Origin: Azolla caroliniana
Lineage: Eukaryota > Plantae > Polypodiophyta
Reading direction: 5' to 3'
Assembly: GCA_043228905.1 (NCBI GenBank)
Contig: JBHGNT010000005.1
Coordinates: forward strand, 10,416,001-10,480,000
Length of the DNA: 64,000 nucleotides
Shown here: positions 12,474 through 26,733 of the stretch, piece by piece
How the letters are laid out: the number at the start of each line of letters is the position of its first letter
Numbering within the stretch: the stretch's first letter is position 1
Program-made: the position numbers and the translations under genes
Notes under the pieces: model-generated
The model's input: only the letters and a program-made list of their open reading frames with translations
Databases searched by the model: none
What the model was told of the DNA's origin: nothing

Positions 12474-13471
12474 AGATGGATGGAAAAACAGACCATGCAC
12501 ACATATGAGGTTCTAGAATCTTATTATGATGACCATATGACATGGATGGATGCATGGACATGATCACATGTAGAAGTTCTGGGAGATTCCTACTATAATC
12601 ACTATTTATGAAATGGATGGATGGAAACATAGCAGTCACATAGATGGTCGCACATGAGGCTCCACAATTGTTTTGTTTTTCTTCTTTGTTTTCCGAGCTA
12701 GGGTTAGAGGGCTTTCAATCGAGCTTAATAATTTCATGTAAGGACCCATAAGTGGGTGTGCCTAACACTCACTCACTCACTCAAAAGACACACTTCCATC
12801 AATAATAAGCCAATGGATTCGATATTAATTGCTATGGCCAAGATTTTGGAGCCAATTAAATATCCAAGCAAATGTAGCCTTTAATCAAATAAATGCATCA
12901 AGATGTATTGAAGGCTCATGATTGTATTTTGCACAAAAAAACATCATCTATGGATATAAATATTTAATGTGACCTTGCAAAGTGTTTAAAAGAGAAACCC
13001 TACACTACTTGAAAAAATTACCTTTAAAGTGAACATTCCAACAAAGTTTTGAGATTTTGAGAATGACCAAAATCTATAATGTCTTGTGATAAATAGATCC
13101 AACAAAATTTGAACCTTTCGGCCGAATCTATTATGGCAATCATATCTAAAAGGGGAAGTTGCCCCATACATATATCCTTTATATATTAGAACCATAAATG
13201 TATGCCTGCCTATTTTCAAAATTATATATATGCATGGTCGAAGTTGATGCGCTTAATCACTCAAAAATCACGCTTGGGCATATATAATCTTGACCAAGAA
13301 AATGCAAGTAATAGTAAACCTTAGGTTATACAATCTTGATTAAAAAACTACCATTGATTAACAAAACTTTGACCAAAATGTATTTTCACTTCTTGATAAG
13401 AGAGCACTTATTGACTCAATATTGTAATTAGCACTTCATATACCCTACTTTTTGTAAATTAATATTTCACG

Positions 13472-13663
13472 TATCTTAAGGTATAATCATGTAGATGAAA
13501 AAGAAACCTCGTAATGAAAGAAATTGTGCCGATGGATCAAACTAGGAAGTTTAACTCCATAGATATATCTTAAGGTATAATCATGTAGATGAAAAAGAAA
13601 CCTCGTAATGAAAGAAATTGTGCCGATGGATCAAACTAGGAAGTTTAACTCCATAGATATATC
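13472..13663. repeat. Two-copy tandem duplication with a 94-bp unit
   Basis: tatcttaaggtataatcatgtagatg... starts at both 13472 and 13566; the paralogous region (~41355-41450) has one copy. Confidence 0.9.
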
Positions 13664-14187
13664 GACCATGGTAATGAGAAACATCTTGCCATGTTTGATG
13701 GCCATATCCAACTATGTTGCTTACTTACCCATGGGAGTACTATTAAGTGTTTGCAAAGAAAATAAAAATGGACACAATTTATCTCATGCTTTTACAATAC
13801 TTTTAGTTTTGGTAGAAGTGGTGTACCTTTCCAACACTTGGGCTATTGAAAGTGATTTCTAAAATCATAAGTTCTAGGAACTAAAATGTAAATATGCTTG
13901 AATGTCAACATCATATGGTGGCAAATGCATAGGTTGTACCTCTACCTTATCACACAATATATGTATGTGAAAAGTTGAGCAAAATTTGACTATATGTAAC
14001 CTATAATCTATGAGTAATAATTGGTTTAATCAAATTGAGAATGATTTCTAGATGTCTCCATTGATGACACATTTAGGACAACTGTACTTTGGCATTTTGT
14101 AATACACTGTTATGCATAAATTTCAACATGGTCAGTTTGTCCATCAACTAATAATGTTTGTAATTGTGTCCATAGGATAGATAACCC

Positions 14188-14315
14188 AGGGGGATGGCCC
14201 CGCATGTAATAGTTCCTCTTCAATGCAAAATACCCTTTTCTCTTATTTATGTATTGAGTGCCCCTTTTCTATAGTTTCCTTTCTCTTTTCAAGAAGTGCT
14301 TTGTTATAACTTATA
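14188..14315 (+). repeat. Inverted, displaced half of the 3' LTR of the 15580-35884 chromovirus
   Basis: Reverse complement of ~35625-35737; followed by cctaa (14316-14320), the reverse complement of ttagg at 35885-35889 (TSD). Confidence 0.85.
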
Positions 14316-15899
14316 CCTAATGCATGATTGTAGACAAATATAGACAATCAAGATCATGGTCTGGAATGAAGGATAAAGCATCATGTGCAAAATCTCCGTA
14401 GCCCATTCTCAGGAGGAAATTGGTTTTTTCTTGCCGAAGGATTTGGAAGAGGACACGTGTTTGATTGTGGCACAAACGTGTGCAAAGAATGGAAGCCGTA
14501 TGAACGGATGGTATGTGTGAAACGGACGGAGGCCATTACATATCTCTGCTCATTTCCATAAATATGAAGGAGAGGAATTAGGGTTTGGAAGATTCGGAGA
14601 ATTTGTTGTGCGTGAGGCCTTGTTCCATCACGCTCTCTTCTGCAGGCTTGCGCTTATGCTGTCTTTATTAGAGCATAGTGATTTTCCGGTGATGTAGATG
14701 TGATACGCTTGATAGCTTCTTCTAGAGCTACCTGATGATATAAGATCTCTGAAGTAAAATCCAGTTCGTGAAGGTAAAAGCTGTGTTTTCTTCTGTGCAG
14801 GCACAGTGAAACGTCGTGCAATGTGTCATGCGTAGGAGAATAGTTATATATATATATATATAAATATAATGGTATTGTTAAGGGGGGAATCCTGACCGGG
14901 TAATGAATGATTTTCTCCGAAATCAAGTGGGAATAGTTGAGCATCTGGAGTGCGGGTTTTGTTGATGATGAGTTGCACGGGAACGAAAACCCTACTGGCA
15001 ACAAGGTCATACAGACAGACAGACAGACTGACTGACTGACTGATATATGAAAGTTATGGTTTTTTCTATGTGCGTGCCACTATATCATTCAGGACTGTCC
15101 AGGAGTACCCAAATTTGAGCAATACCAATGTCGCACACAAAAGCAGAAACCAGTTGGGATATGTGAGATCCTAAGTCCTGGGTACTTGTCATTGCCATTG
15201 TTTCCCTCGTAGGAGCCATCCGTTTACAGATAATGTCGAAGCACATCATCTATGGTAACATTGGAAGCAATTAGGGTTTAAATTATAATCTGAAGCAATT
15301 TTGTTATAATCATCATTTCAGTTTTCCATTGGGAACTTGAACACGTGAACAAAAGTGCACAAAACCAAAATGGCTACGAAAAATGCAAAAGCAAATGTGG
15401 GCAAGCAACCAATCAAGTAGATGGATCTTGTGATTAATTAACTCCAAATTTGATGCACTGAGTAATGGATTTAATGAAAAAAATTGTGGTTGGTTTGATC
15501 TAGAAGATTTCTGAATATGCGGAGTGTATAGTGGATGATGCATAGTGTTTTTTATCTTGGTGATGGCAGCCATAGAAAGATTTCCAAAAACTCGCCTCCA
15601 CTTCTTCACTTCTTTGTCGACACAACATACTTAAATTACCCATGGACTCAACTACTTTGACCACTAATTTCTCTAGCTATTCCCAACCAATCTTCCCCTA
15701 ATTTCTTTAATTCTAACAACTCTATAACATAACACTCTCCCATGAGGCGGCAAAGAGTTTCGTCCTCGAAACTAAAACACTAGTACAATAACATGACCTG
15801 CGAAGTCTATAAGTAAATGAAAAAAGAGAGAATGAAGAACAATGGCAAAACTGGCCTTACCATACTCATACAGTAGGCATCGTCTAAACCCTTGCCATT

Positions 15900-18410
15900 G
15901 TAATACTAAGTATAGCTAGGGTACCCGAACAAGAATGTGGGATCAGAACGAATCAAACTTTCTTTAGAGATCCATGTGGCTTCCGAAAGTGGTCGCCCTT
16001 TCCACTTGATCAAAATTTTTGTATTTCCATTGCACATTTGTTATTTTAAGATTACTTCAGCTTCCTCACTTAGGTTAGTCTTTCAGCTCCAATGTTTATC
16101 TGCATGAAATCTCTTAAGCAAACTTACATGAAATGTATCATGCACCTTGATGGAACTAGATAATTTCAGCTTGTAAGAAACTCCATTAAAACTTTGTAGT
16201 ACTTCATATGGTCCGTAATAACAATGGTTAAATTTTGGTGAGAACCGTCCAGGTCAAGGCCAAATTGCCTTTGAAAAATTCGATGTATTGACGTTTTTTG
16301 TTAGTTGCCCGAACCATTCGTTCCTTTGATTGTTGTAATCCTTGTTGTGCAACCCGCATTGTTGCTTGCCAGTCTGCTAGAAAAAGGTCGACATCGGGCT
16401 CTTTAATTTTATCAAGAACAACATGAGAGAACAAAGCCAATGGTGTAAGAACTTGCTTCTCTGTAGCTAATTCAAAAGGAGAAAAACCAATGGTAGAATG
16501 TTTAGAGGAGTTATAACAAAATTCTTGCATATCGATATGATCCACCCAATCTTTTTGATCCGTCTGCACATAACAACGAAGGTAGTCTTCAGGACTTTGA
16601 TTTACCCTTTCCATTTGGCCATTTGTTTGGGGATGAGTCGTAGAAGACATTCAAAGTTGTGTATCTTGCAATTTGAACAGTTCTTGCCAAAATCGACTAG
16701 TAAAACACGGATCCCTATCTGATACGATAGCCATAGGCATTCCATGATATTTAAATATATGTTTGAAGAACAACTTGGCTACCTGGAGGGCTATGAGAGG
16801 TGGTTTTATTGGTACAAAGTGAGCTTGTTTAGAGACATAGTCAATGTCCACCATGATAGCATTATAACCTCTTGACATGGGCAAATCCACTATGAAATCC
16901 ATAATCACCACATCCCCATGGTTGAGCGGGTATTGGCATAGGTTGTAGTAATCCAAATGGTCGTCCACACCGAGCTTTGACTTGTTGGCATGTCACACAG
17001 GATTGGATGTAGTTTTTTACATCCAACTCCATATGGGGCCAGAAAAAATGTCGCTGGATGTTGGTAAGTGTCCGGTGAATACCACCATGCCCTGCCATCT
17101 TACAATCATGTGCTTCTTGCAAAATCAGTGCCTTAATTTCCCTTATTTAGGTACAAACCACTTACCATGTACCATTAATAGAGCTTGTTGCATTCTGAGT
17201 GACCCATGAGCTGCATGTTACATTTCCATATTGGAAATCAATTGTTGCTTGTAAGGATCACGTTGTTGAGTTGTTCGAATGTCTTGTAGCAAAGAAGAAT
17301 CATGGTACAAGCATGAGTCATTCGACTTAAAGCATCTGGCATAGTATTAAGAGCACCACTTTTATGGTTGATGCAAAAATCAAATTCTGCCAAAAAAACT
17401 TGCCAACGAACTTGTTTAGGGAACAACTTCGGCTACAACTGAAAATTCTGCAAGGATATATTATCTGTGAATACTTTAGTAAATTTATCTTGGACATAAT
17501 GATGCCATTTGCGTAAGTCATAGACGATGGAAATCATTTCTTTCTCATGAGTAGGCCACCTAGCTTCAATCTTTGAAAATTTCTTGGATTCATAAGCAAC
17601 CAAATGTCCATCCTGTATCAAAACTGCACTATAACCCACATCAAACACATAGGTATGGATTTCAAACGATTTAGTAAAATCTGGTAACTTAAGCACCGAT
17701 TGTGAACACACTGCTTCTTTGAGTTTTTCGAAGGCATCTTGTTCTAGTGTTGTCCATTTAAAACATGTTTTAGCTTTAGTTAGGCTAGTTAGGGGGGCTG
17801 CAATTGCACTAAAATGCTTGATGGACTTACGCACATACTGCATGAAACCTACAAATTGTTGGACTTCCACGAGTTTAGTTGGGATTGGCCATCTTCGTAC
17901 AACATCCACCTTGCTTGTCTCCATGCGAAGGCCATGTTTCCCTACTCGGAAACCTAAGAAGTTAATATCTTGTACTGCAAACTCACATTTTTCGGGGTTA
18001 ACATACAATTTGTTTTCGCGTAGTATTTGTAACACCTTCTTAACATGTACCATGTGTTCTTCCAATGTTTTGTTATAGATAAGCAAATCATCTATATATA
18101 AGATGACAAACTTATCAAGAAAAGCACGAAATAGATCATTTCCCAAGTGGCTAAATGTTCCTGGTGCACCGATGAGCCAAAAACTCATAACCAACCATTC
18201 ATAACTGCCACACCTTGTCTGAAAAGCAGTTTTTTCAACGTCATCTTCAACAACTTGGATTTGGTGGTATCCGGACCTCAAGTCTATGCGAGTAAAAAGT
18301 TTTGCCCTTGCAAATTGATCGAATAAGTCGTCAGTGACTGGAAATGGATATTTACCTTTGATTGTTATCTTGTTGAGTGCTCGATAATCCATGCACATCA
18401 ACATTGTTCC
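15900..18410 (-). pseudogene. pol remnant (RT, RNase H, integrase, chromodomain)
   Basis: CMDYRALNK, DLRSGYHQI, YIDD, HPQTNGQMERVNQ; multiple stops and frameshifts. Confidence 0.9.
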
Positions 18411-18712
18411 TATCATGATATAGCATGGTATGGCTTCAAAAGGATTTAAACCCATGACCTTGTGTCACATGGGTTGAAGCCCTACCATTAAGCTATATAT
18501 TGTAATGCAAAGAATATTATTTCACTTAGGAAATCCATGTATATTCTAGATTTCTCTGGAACATTCTAGAAATGTTAAGAGTGCTCCTAAGCATACTATA
18601 AAAAGAGGCACATGGCATTATTGAGAACCAATTCGGTTCAACGCCAATCGTAAGCCTTCTAGGTATTCCTGTATATTCTCTTCATATAATACAATATATT
18701 GTTTGTTATCAT

Positions 18713-18748
<36 letters not shown>

Positions 18749-20192
18749 CTACACCCTCTTTTCCTGTTAGTACTAATCCTCATCTTTAATACTAATTCTC
18801 TCTATGTCTTAGTACTATTCTTGATAGTTTGGACCGAATTGCTTCGTTCTCATCTTCATATCCCTCATTCCCTTCATACAAATCTTCTTATCCTTCCTTC
18901 CTCCAATTCTATGGCAATTGTTAGCGGTTAAGAATACCAATCTGTCCTCTCGGAGCTACAGTGCTTGAAAGAAAAGTTCGTAGCACTAGAACAAGAAAAT
19001 CAACGGTTGTTGGGGGATCTTCAACAAATCTCTCTAGAGAAGCAACAAACGCAACAACAACACAGAGAGTTGGCGTTACGTGTACAACAACTTGAAGCAA
19101 CCATTGTGTCCTTGCAACAACAAGGACCAAGTACTCAAGGAATTCATAAAGAACCCAAGATCGGTCTTCCTACAAAATTCGACGGAACGCCATCACAATT
19201 CAAAGGATTCCTTAATTAGGTATGTCTCGTGGTTCAAATGCATCCCTCCCGATATCCCACCGATGCATCACGAGTGGGATTAGTAGGCACGTTGCTTAGT
19301 GGCCCAACTTTGGCATGGTTTGCACCTTTATTAGAACAAAGATCTCCATTGTTAAATAATTTTGAGGAATTTATTAACGAGTTTAAAGCCTGTTTCAGGG
19401 ACACAGATAGCATTAGGAAGACAATCAATAAAATCTGAAGATTACGTCAAGGTGATCGTCCAGCCTCAGCCTATGCTGTGGATTTCTGTCTACTCGCCGC
19501 CAATATTCCCTAGGATGATCTAGCATTGATGGAGCAGTTTTGATATGGCTATCGAAATGATGTCAAAGATTTACTCTTGACTTTTCCCGAAGAACCAAAG
19601 TCGCTCACAAAGGCAATGAGTTGAGCAGTGCATTGCGATAACAAACTTTTCGAAGGACGTTCGGAACGTCAATTGCAAATGCCAAGAACAAGGTCAAAGC
19701 CCACATATGCCTCTCACACAACTTACCAAGAAGGGGCAACCGTTTGTTTGGTCTAAGGATGTGGACACGGCTTTTGTAAGTCTTAAGAAAGCATCTCTTC
19801 AAAATGCTCAAGGTCACTTGTAACCTCTCCTCCGGCTATCACCCTCAAACAGACGGACAAGCAGAACTAACAAATCAAACACTGGAACAATATCTTCGGT
19901 GTTTTCTAAGCTATCAATAAGATGATTGGGCGGATATTCTCCACTTATAATAACTCTATATACTCATTGACTAGGCTTGTAACACCATTTTATGCTTATA
20001 CAGGCTATCATCCTAGATGGTGTGTGTTTGAAACTCCGTAGTTACCCACAAATCCTCGGGCAGAGGATCATTTGGAGTGTCTACACAAGATACATGCAGA
20101 CCTATCTATCTACCCATTTACATCAAGCTCAACAAACACAGAAGGCTTATGCAGATCGTCATCGGCTTCCATCCTGTTTTGACATTGGAAAT

Positions 20193-20855
20193 TGATAGGA
20201 ATATGGTTTCCTAAGCTATGCTCGGCCACAACCGAGACGTCGGATCAAGCACAGAAAACAGGGATGTGGTGAGATGTATCTACACACGAAACAGTAAAGA
20301 AGAGAGTGCACTGGATGTTAACGTGGAAAACCCAAATCTGGGAAAAACCACGACAGCCCTCAGACTGCAAAATATCACTATATCAAGATTACAACAATGG
20401 GGCACAGAGGCAATGACCTCTTGCTCCCTCACTTCGCCACCAGGAAGTTACAACAGAGGCAACAACCTCTTCCTCTCTCTCTCTCTCTTCTCTGTACACA
20501 CAGTTACACTCTGAATTATCGCAACAATGATAATAATACAACCAGCTCTACATCATCATGTTAAGTTTGCCCTAGGTCATATTTATACTAATATGACTTT
20601 CGGGCTATTTACAAATATAGCCCCAGTGGGCTCTTTGGAACATATTTACATATATGTCCCTTCCATCCGATGAGAGGTTCTCACCAGGCCTGCAACATCT
20701 GGTTCTCACCGGGTCTTCCGTTGCATGGTACTCCACATCCTGTTCTCACCGGGTCTTTCGTTGCCGGGTACTCGTCATCCGGTTTCGGCCTCAGCCGAGT
20801 TACTCATCCACACTGTTCTTCTTACTTCCCATCCGGAGGGACCTATTTCCTAACA
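20193..20855. mobile_element. Solo LTR inserted in integrase
   Basis: Termini tgataggaa...ttcctaaca with a perfect 5-bp TSD GAAAT (20188-20192 and 20856-20860); the integrase frame resumes after it. Confidence 0.9.
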
Positions 20856-22046
20856 GAAATCGGGTATGGCTATTACGACGACACATCAAGACTATTCGAC
20901 CATGTGATAAATTGGATTATCGTCGATTAGGTCCTTTCTGTATTATCGAAAAAGTTAATGATGTCACTTTTAGTCTTGATCTACCTCCGCAACTATGGTT
21001 ACATCCGTTTTTTCATAGTTCTCTTCTCGAACCCTATCAAGACAACACTATTCCGAATCGTATTACACCACCTCCACCCCCAATCGAGCTTGAAGCAGAA
21101 CCGGATTACGAAGTTGATGCCATCCTCGATTCCAAGATTGTTTGCAACAAGCTCTACTATTTGGTCGATTGGCAAGGCTATAGTCCAAGTGATCATACTT
21201 GGGAACCAGTCAAGAATGTCGCAAATGCTCGAGCGCTTATTGAGGACTTCCATCAACAATATCCCGACAAACCAGGTCCTCCATCTAAGACGGGGAGGGG
21301 GGGGTAGTGTCATGATATAGCATGGTATGGCTTCAAAAGGATTTGAGCCCATGACCTTGTGTCACATGGGTTGAAGCCCTACCATTAAGCTATATTCTGT
21401 AATACAAAAAAATGTTTTCCATTTATTATTTCACTTTAGGAAATCCATGTATATTCTAGATTTCTCTGGAACATTCTAGAAATGTCAAGAGTACTCCTAA
21501 GCATACTAGAAAAAGAGGCACATGGCATTATTGAGAACCAATTCAGTCCAACACTAGTCTTAAGCCTTCTAGCTATTCTTGTATATTATCTTCATATAAT
21601 AGAATATATCGTTTGTTATCCTCATTCTGTCTCTCTCTAACTCTCTCTCTCTCTCTCTCGCTTCCTCGTCTCTGTGTAACGGCTGTTTCTGCCGTTGATG
21701 TCGCCGTTTATTGTTGTCGTCGTCGTCTGCAGCTGCTGTCTGCTGCCAACTGTTGCTGTCGTTGTCTGACGGCTACTGTTGTCTGCTGCCGTCGCCGTCT
21801 GCTACCGTCTACTATCGTCGTCTGCCATCGTTTGACGACTGCCACCGTCATCGTCGCCGTCGCGGGGTGTTTCTTCTCCGTTTTCTCTTGACGTTGTGAA
21901 GTGCCATTTTCTTGACGAGTTCGTGGGTGGGTTCTTTTGGTATGCTCGTCGCGTGCTACAAAATGCCGATGTGATTGCGACATACACACAAACTCGGCTA
22001 AGTCTCAAACCCATTTATTTTACCTTTTTTTCTTATTGACACCACA

Positions 22047-22860
22047 ATGACGTCTAAACGAACTAAGGAACATAAGGATATACAAGACGAGGCTATAAGT
22101 AAGGAGGACTGTTTAGATATGTTTAATCGTTTAACAAAAATAGAGATGGATATGAAAAAATGGGTGAAAGACGCCGAAACCCACAAGAAAAAAGATAGAG
22201 AGGAAAAAGATGCCCTCAAGGCCGAAATAGAACAACTTAAAGTGGAAAACACCGACCTTAAAAAACAACTTAAGGACATTGAGGTATCTCGAGAAGACGG
22301 TGAAATATCCTCTATAGAGGATATAAAGGACAAAATTAAAAAAGTTAAAGAGAAAGTTAATAATAACATAGAGTTAGCTAAAACGGGTTGGGTAGATGTG
22401 GTTAAAAGAAACATTAAAAAAGAAATAAAAGATGAAAATATTGTTAATACCACCCTTGAAGAAGAGAAAATGTGTCAGGCCCGACGCTTAAATGTACGTG
22501 TCACTGGGCTCAAGGAAGGTGCATCCCCAAATGAGGATGCACAAACACTTGGGAAAATGTTAGGGTACACAAAGGCCCTACCTATCACCAAAGCATGGAG
22601 GGCCGGGCGTGACACAACTAGGAAGAGAGCCTTAGTCCTTCAATTTAAAGACTTAAGACTCTAGAATCACTTTCTTTAAGAAGAGACCAATCCTTCGAGG
22701 AATGGGTGGGGACCCCATCTATCTCGATGAAGACCTCACTAAGATGCAAATTGAGCATCGCAAGAGTTGTATGCCACGAGTTATGCAAGCTCGTAAAGAA
22801 GGCCATCGCGCCTTTTACCGAGACGGGCGAGTGATCATAAATGATCGCACTACTAATTGA
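22047..22860 (+). pseudogene. LINE ORF1 (coiled coil plus RRM-like region), one frameshift near 22656
   Basis: Lys/Glu heptads, then RRLNVRVTGLKE; after the frameshift IYLDEDLT, ending at the stop at 22858-22860. Confidence 0.8.
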
Positions 22861-22866
22861 CGGCCT

Positions 22867-25800
22867 GTGGCCCATGTGACAGAAAATGCACTTAGGATGA
22901 CCTTATGGAATTGTAACGACACACTCTGGGCACACCCCGGCTGCCTAGAGGAGATACTAAAGGTATCTGATATACTTTTCTTGGTAGAAACACATCAGAG
23001 CCCAAATAGAGGACTCCCACGGGTCGAAGGATTCCGTTGGGAGTCTGCTTTTAGACAAACCTCACGTCGACACACTACTAGGGGATCTGGAGGTGTCGCG
23101 ATACTGTTTCGTAGAGAGCTATATAATAGGATAGAAATAATGAAGATATACCTAGAAGCTCGTTTTATGTGGGTGAAAGTCTCCACAAGCAAAGACCAGG
23201 TAGTATTTTTTGCCATTTGTTACTTTTCCCCAAAAGGATCCCGTTATAATATTGGTGGCTTGGCGAGATTAGTCGATGAAGGAATGCCACATGGGCCTTC
23301 CCCATACGAACCCCTATTGGATGACATAATCCGATATTCTTCCCAAGGAGAAGTATTTCTTGTAGGAGACTTCAATGCGAGAACCCAATCCCGACAATGC
23401 ACAGTATTTCAGATGAATAGAAACCTAGAAATGGTAAATGTTGATCCTTTAGACATAGGCACCACACGTAGATCAAAGGATCAAGGTGCGGACGCCACGA
23501 GCTTTGGCCATCATGTACTCGAACTTGGTAGTCGGCATCAGATGGTCATATATAATGGTTTAGCACAGTTGATTATCTAATAGGACGCCCTGAAGCTACC
23601 CACATGATTAACTCCTTCCGAGTGGCCCCATGCCCTATTGGCGCAAACCATAGTTTCTTATACTTCGAGCTAAAATGTGATATCTCTAAGGTCACCAAGT
23701 CTAGTCAACCATGCCATCACACCACAATACATTTCACACATGAGCTCTCTGACATATACTCTCAACATGTTCAGGCCCATTGATCCCTCCCTACTGTTAG
23801 AAAGCCTTAGTACGAAACTCACACACATCCTTCACTCCGCAGCAGCTAGCAGTTTCCCATATACAAAACACTCAAATCAAGGTAGATCAGGATCAATGCC
23901 ACAAAATAAATGGTATGATGAGGATTGTAGGGACTTACATAGACAACTTACAGTATCGCAACTCAATGGTAGTATTACCTCCATACAAGCTCGCAAAGAA
24001 ATGCGCAAGATGACACGTCGTAAGAGACGAGCGTGGGAGGCATCCCAATATTGGGAACTCTACCATATGCTCATGAGTAGCGATTGCGCCACGGCATGGA
24101 AGAGACTACGGGATCCAAGACCACAAACACCCATCGAAGATCCCGAAACTTGGCACACATATACAGAGAGACTTTACCAAATCCCAAACCAACCACCCAT
24201 TCCAATGCCTTCCACACCCTGGCCTACCACGGGGACACTTTTCACGACCTCTAGGGTCGTGAAGGTCATAAAGAAATTACAACATAGGAAGTCCATGGAC
24301 CACACAGGATTGCGAGCAGAACACATTATATATGCGAGAGAGTGCCTAGCTCCCTTGCTAACTCTAATCTTCAAACGTGCCCTTGCGGAGGGTTTTCCAC
24401 CACAGTGGACTATGAATACAGTGGCCCCCATACATAAAGGAGGGGACCCCATGGACCCAAATACATATAGGACCATCATGATAGGCCATACCCTTGCTAA
24501 GTTATATGGTGCAGTAATGGAAGCAGAGCTTAGCGACTATATGGAGACCCTAAACCTTCGTGCACCTGAACAAGCTGGCTTTAGACGAGCCTTCTCCACT
24601 ATTGATCATATCTTCGCACTTAGATGCCTAATTGACCAAACTAAGGCTCGCAAGAAGAAATTATATTGTTGTTTTGTGGACTTCCGCAAAGCCTTTGACA
24701 CAGTCCCTAGAGAGTGGTTGCTTGATAGACTAAAAAGCTTGAGGATACCAGATGATATGGTATGGGCCATCTACGCACTATATGAACAAGTGTCCGGGTG
24801 TGTCCGATGCCCAGGTGGCCTATCTAATCGTTTCACTAGCACTATTGGTGTAAAACAAGGTTGCCCCCTATCTCCGACACTTTTTGGGATCTACATTGAT
24901 GAGATCACATATTTTATTGCTTGTGAGGGAGGCACCGAAGTGGTCCTTGGGGATACGCAGGTTCGTATCTTGCTCTATGTGGATGATATAGTTTTGCTCT
25001 CTGAATCCGAACACGACCTACAAAGGCACCTTAATGCCTTAGATGACTTTGGTGTACAACGAGGATTGGTAGTGAATCTAGGGAAAACGAAAGTCCTTAT
25101 CTTCCACACATCGGCCCAAGTTAGAGCTAAGTGTCACCTAACTATCTCCCATAGCCTAGTCAAGGTGGTTGGATCATACGTCTATCTCGGAGTCACTTTT
25201 GGTGCCCGCTTAGGTAAATTTTAGATGACACAGGCAGCGAAGGATAGACTCACGAGAGGACATGCATCCCTCTCACTCCTAGAGAGACAATGCCACCAAG
25301 CACACTTTCAAGAGCCACGGACTAAAGGGTGGCTCTTTGACTCATTAGTGACCCCCTCCCTCATGTATGCATCAGAGGTTTGGGCTCCAGGATTACCATC
25401 TTTCATGTGGACGCAATTAGAGAGACCATTGGTGATGATGCTATCATGCCAACTCCGAAGCAAATCGACTGTACCACATGACATTATTAGGGCTGAGTTC
25501 ACGTTACCCCCAATGTTAGTAGAGGCACTTTTTCAACTTGTAGTCTTCATTCATAGGATACATAGCCAACCACATGATAGAATATCTCATCAAGCCTTTA
25601 AGGCCTCTCGATCATTGTATGAGTTTGGCTATACTAGCTCATGGTATGGCATGATGGTGAGTTGGCTTCTTGCGAATGGTCTAGACATTAATAACCTACC
25701 TCCCCTTAGGTACAACTACACGAGTGATAACACTTTAATATCTCATGATGACCACAATAAAGTAATACGCCAAGAAATATGGCAAATTTACACTCGGTGT

Positions 25801-26496
25801 AAATGGATCACCCCACTAGAACCACTCCCATCTAAAATGTCGTACTATAAGAAACACTTCATGCACTTCTCTAAGTTAGGTTTTATCACGCGGCCAAAAT
25901 ATCTAGATGTATTCTTACCACATGCACTAAGGGTTGCCATTGGACAACTTAGAATATCATCTCACCAACTTGAGATTGAGAATGGCCATACTAGTGGAGT
26001 CCCTAGGGAGGAAAGGATATGTAGGTTATGTCACATAGAGATAGAGGATGAGTACCACTTTACACGCAAGTGTCCAACCTATGCCGAGATAAGGGCAAAA
26101 TACCAAGACATACTTGGTTCGTCTCCCACCCTCCCCAAACTATTAGATACTCTAGATATAAAGAAATTAGGCAAATACATTCTAGAGCTAAAACAACACA
26201 GAGAGAATAAGTTACAAAATGTTGACAATAATGTTGCTAATGATCACGAACATGTAACAAATGAAGTTTTTCAGGAACAGGGGGAGACAACGAATGTCGA
26301 CACACTTGCACCACTCGGCCTTTCCATTGATGAGGCAGAAAACCAGAGAAGAACCAGACGTCCTCGGGTGCCGGGTTTCAAAGCAACTCGACGTGATGTG
26401 GAAGCAATATTGAAAATAAGGGAACGTGAGCTACATCGCCTAGAAGCCATGGCCAGGGCACTCTCTACATTGGAACCATGGGTCACACCCACATGA
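22867..26496 (+). pseudogene. LINE ORF2 (AP endonuclease, reverse transcriptase, Cys/His C-terminus), disrupted
   Basis: LVETH, GSGGVAIL, GDFNAR; QAGFR, FVDFRKAFD, GVKQGCPLSP, YVDD; LRISSHQLEIE...CRLC...EDEYHF..CP; frameshifts near 23570-23770 and a stop at 25222-25224. Confidence 0.9.
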
Positions 26497-26733
26497 AGAC
26501 CCTTTGACCCCCCACTTCTTTTCGAGAGGCTTGGGTGGAAATAAAATTAGGCTTAGTGTATAGTCACGTTCGAGTATACTACGTATTGTACACTACTAGA
26601 ACTCTTTTAGTTTAAGTTCTATTTTTTACTTAATTTTATTTTAGTTATGATGACTGGATAAATACTCTTTTGTTGTAAACCAATTGTCTCATGGGCCAAA
26701 TTTGGCCTTAGAAGACGTTAATATATCTTTCTT

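Noticed and set aside
14670-15040. Possible C/D-box snoRNAs (tgatga/ctga motifs)
   Set aside because: I could not identify terminal stems or an rRNA-complementary guide by eye; this needs Infernal/snoscan.
21613-22014. Cys/Arg/Val-rich short ORFs
   Set aside because: Products of the (GTC/GCC/CTG)-rich LINE 5' UTR.
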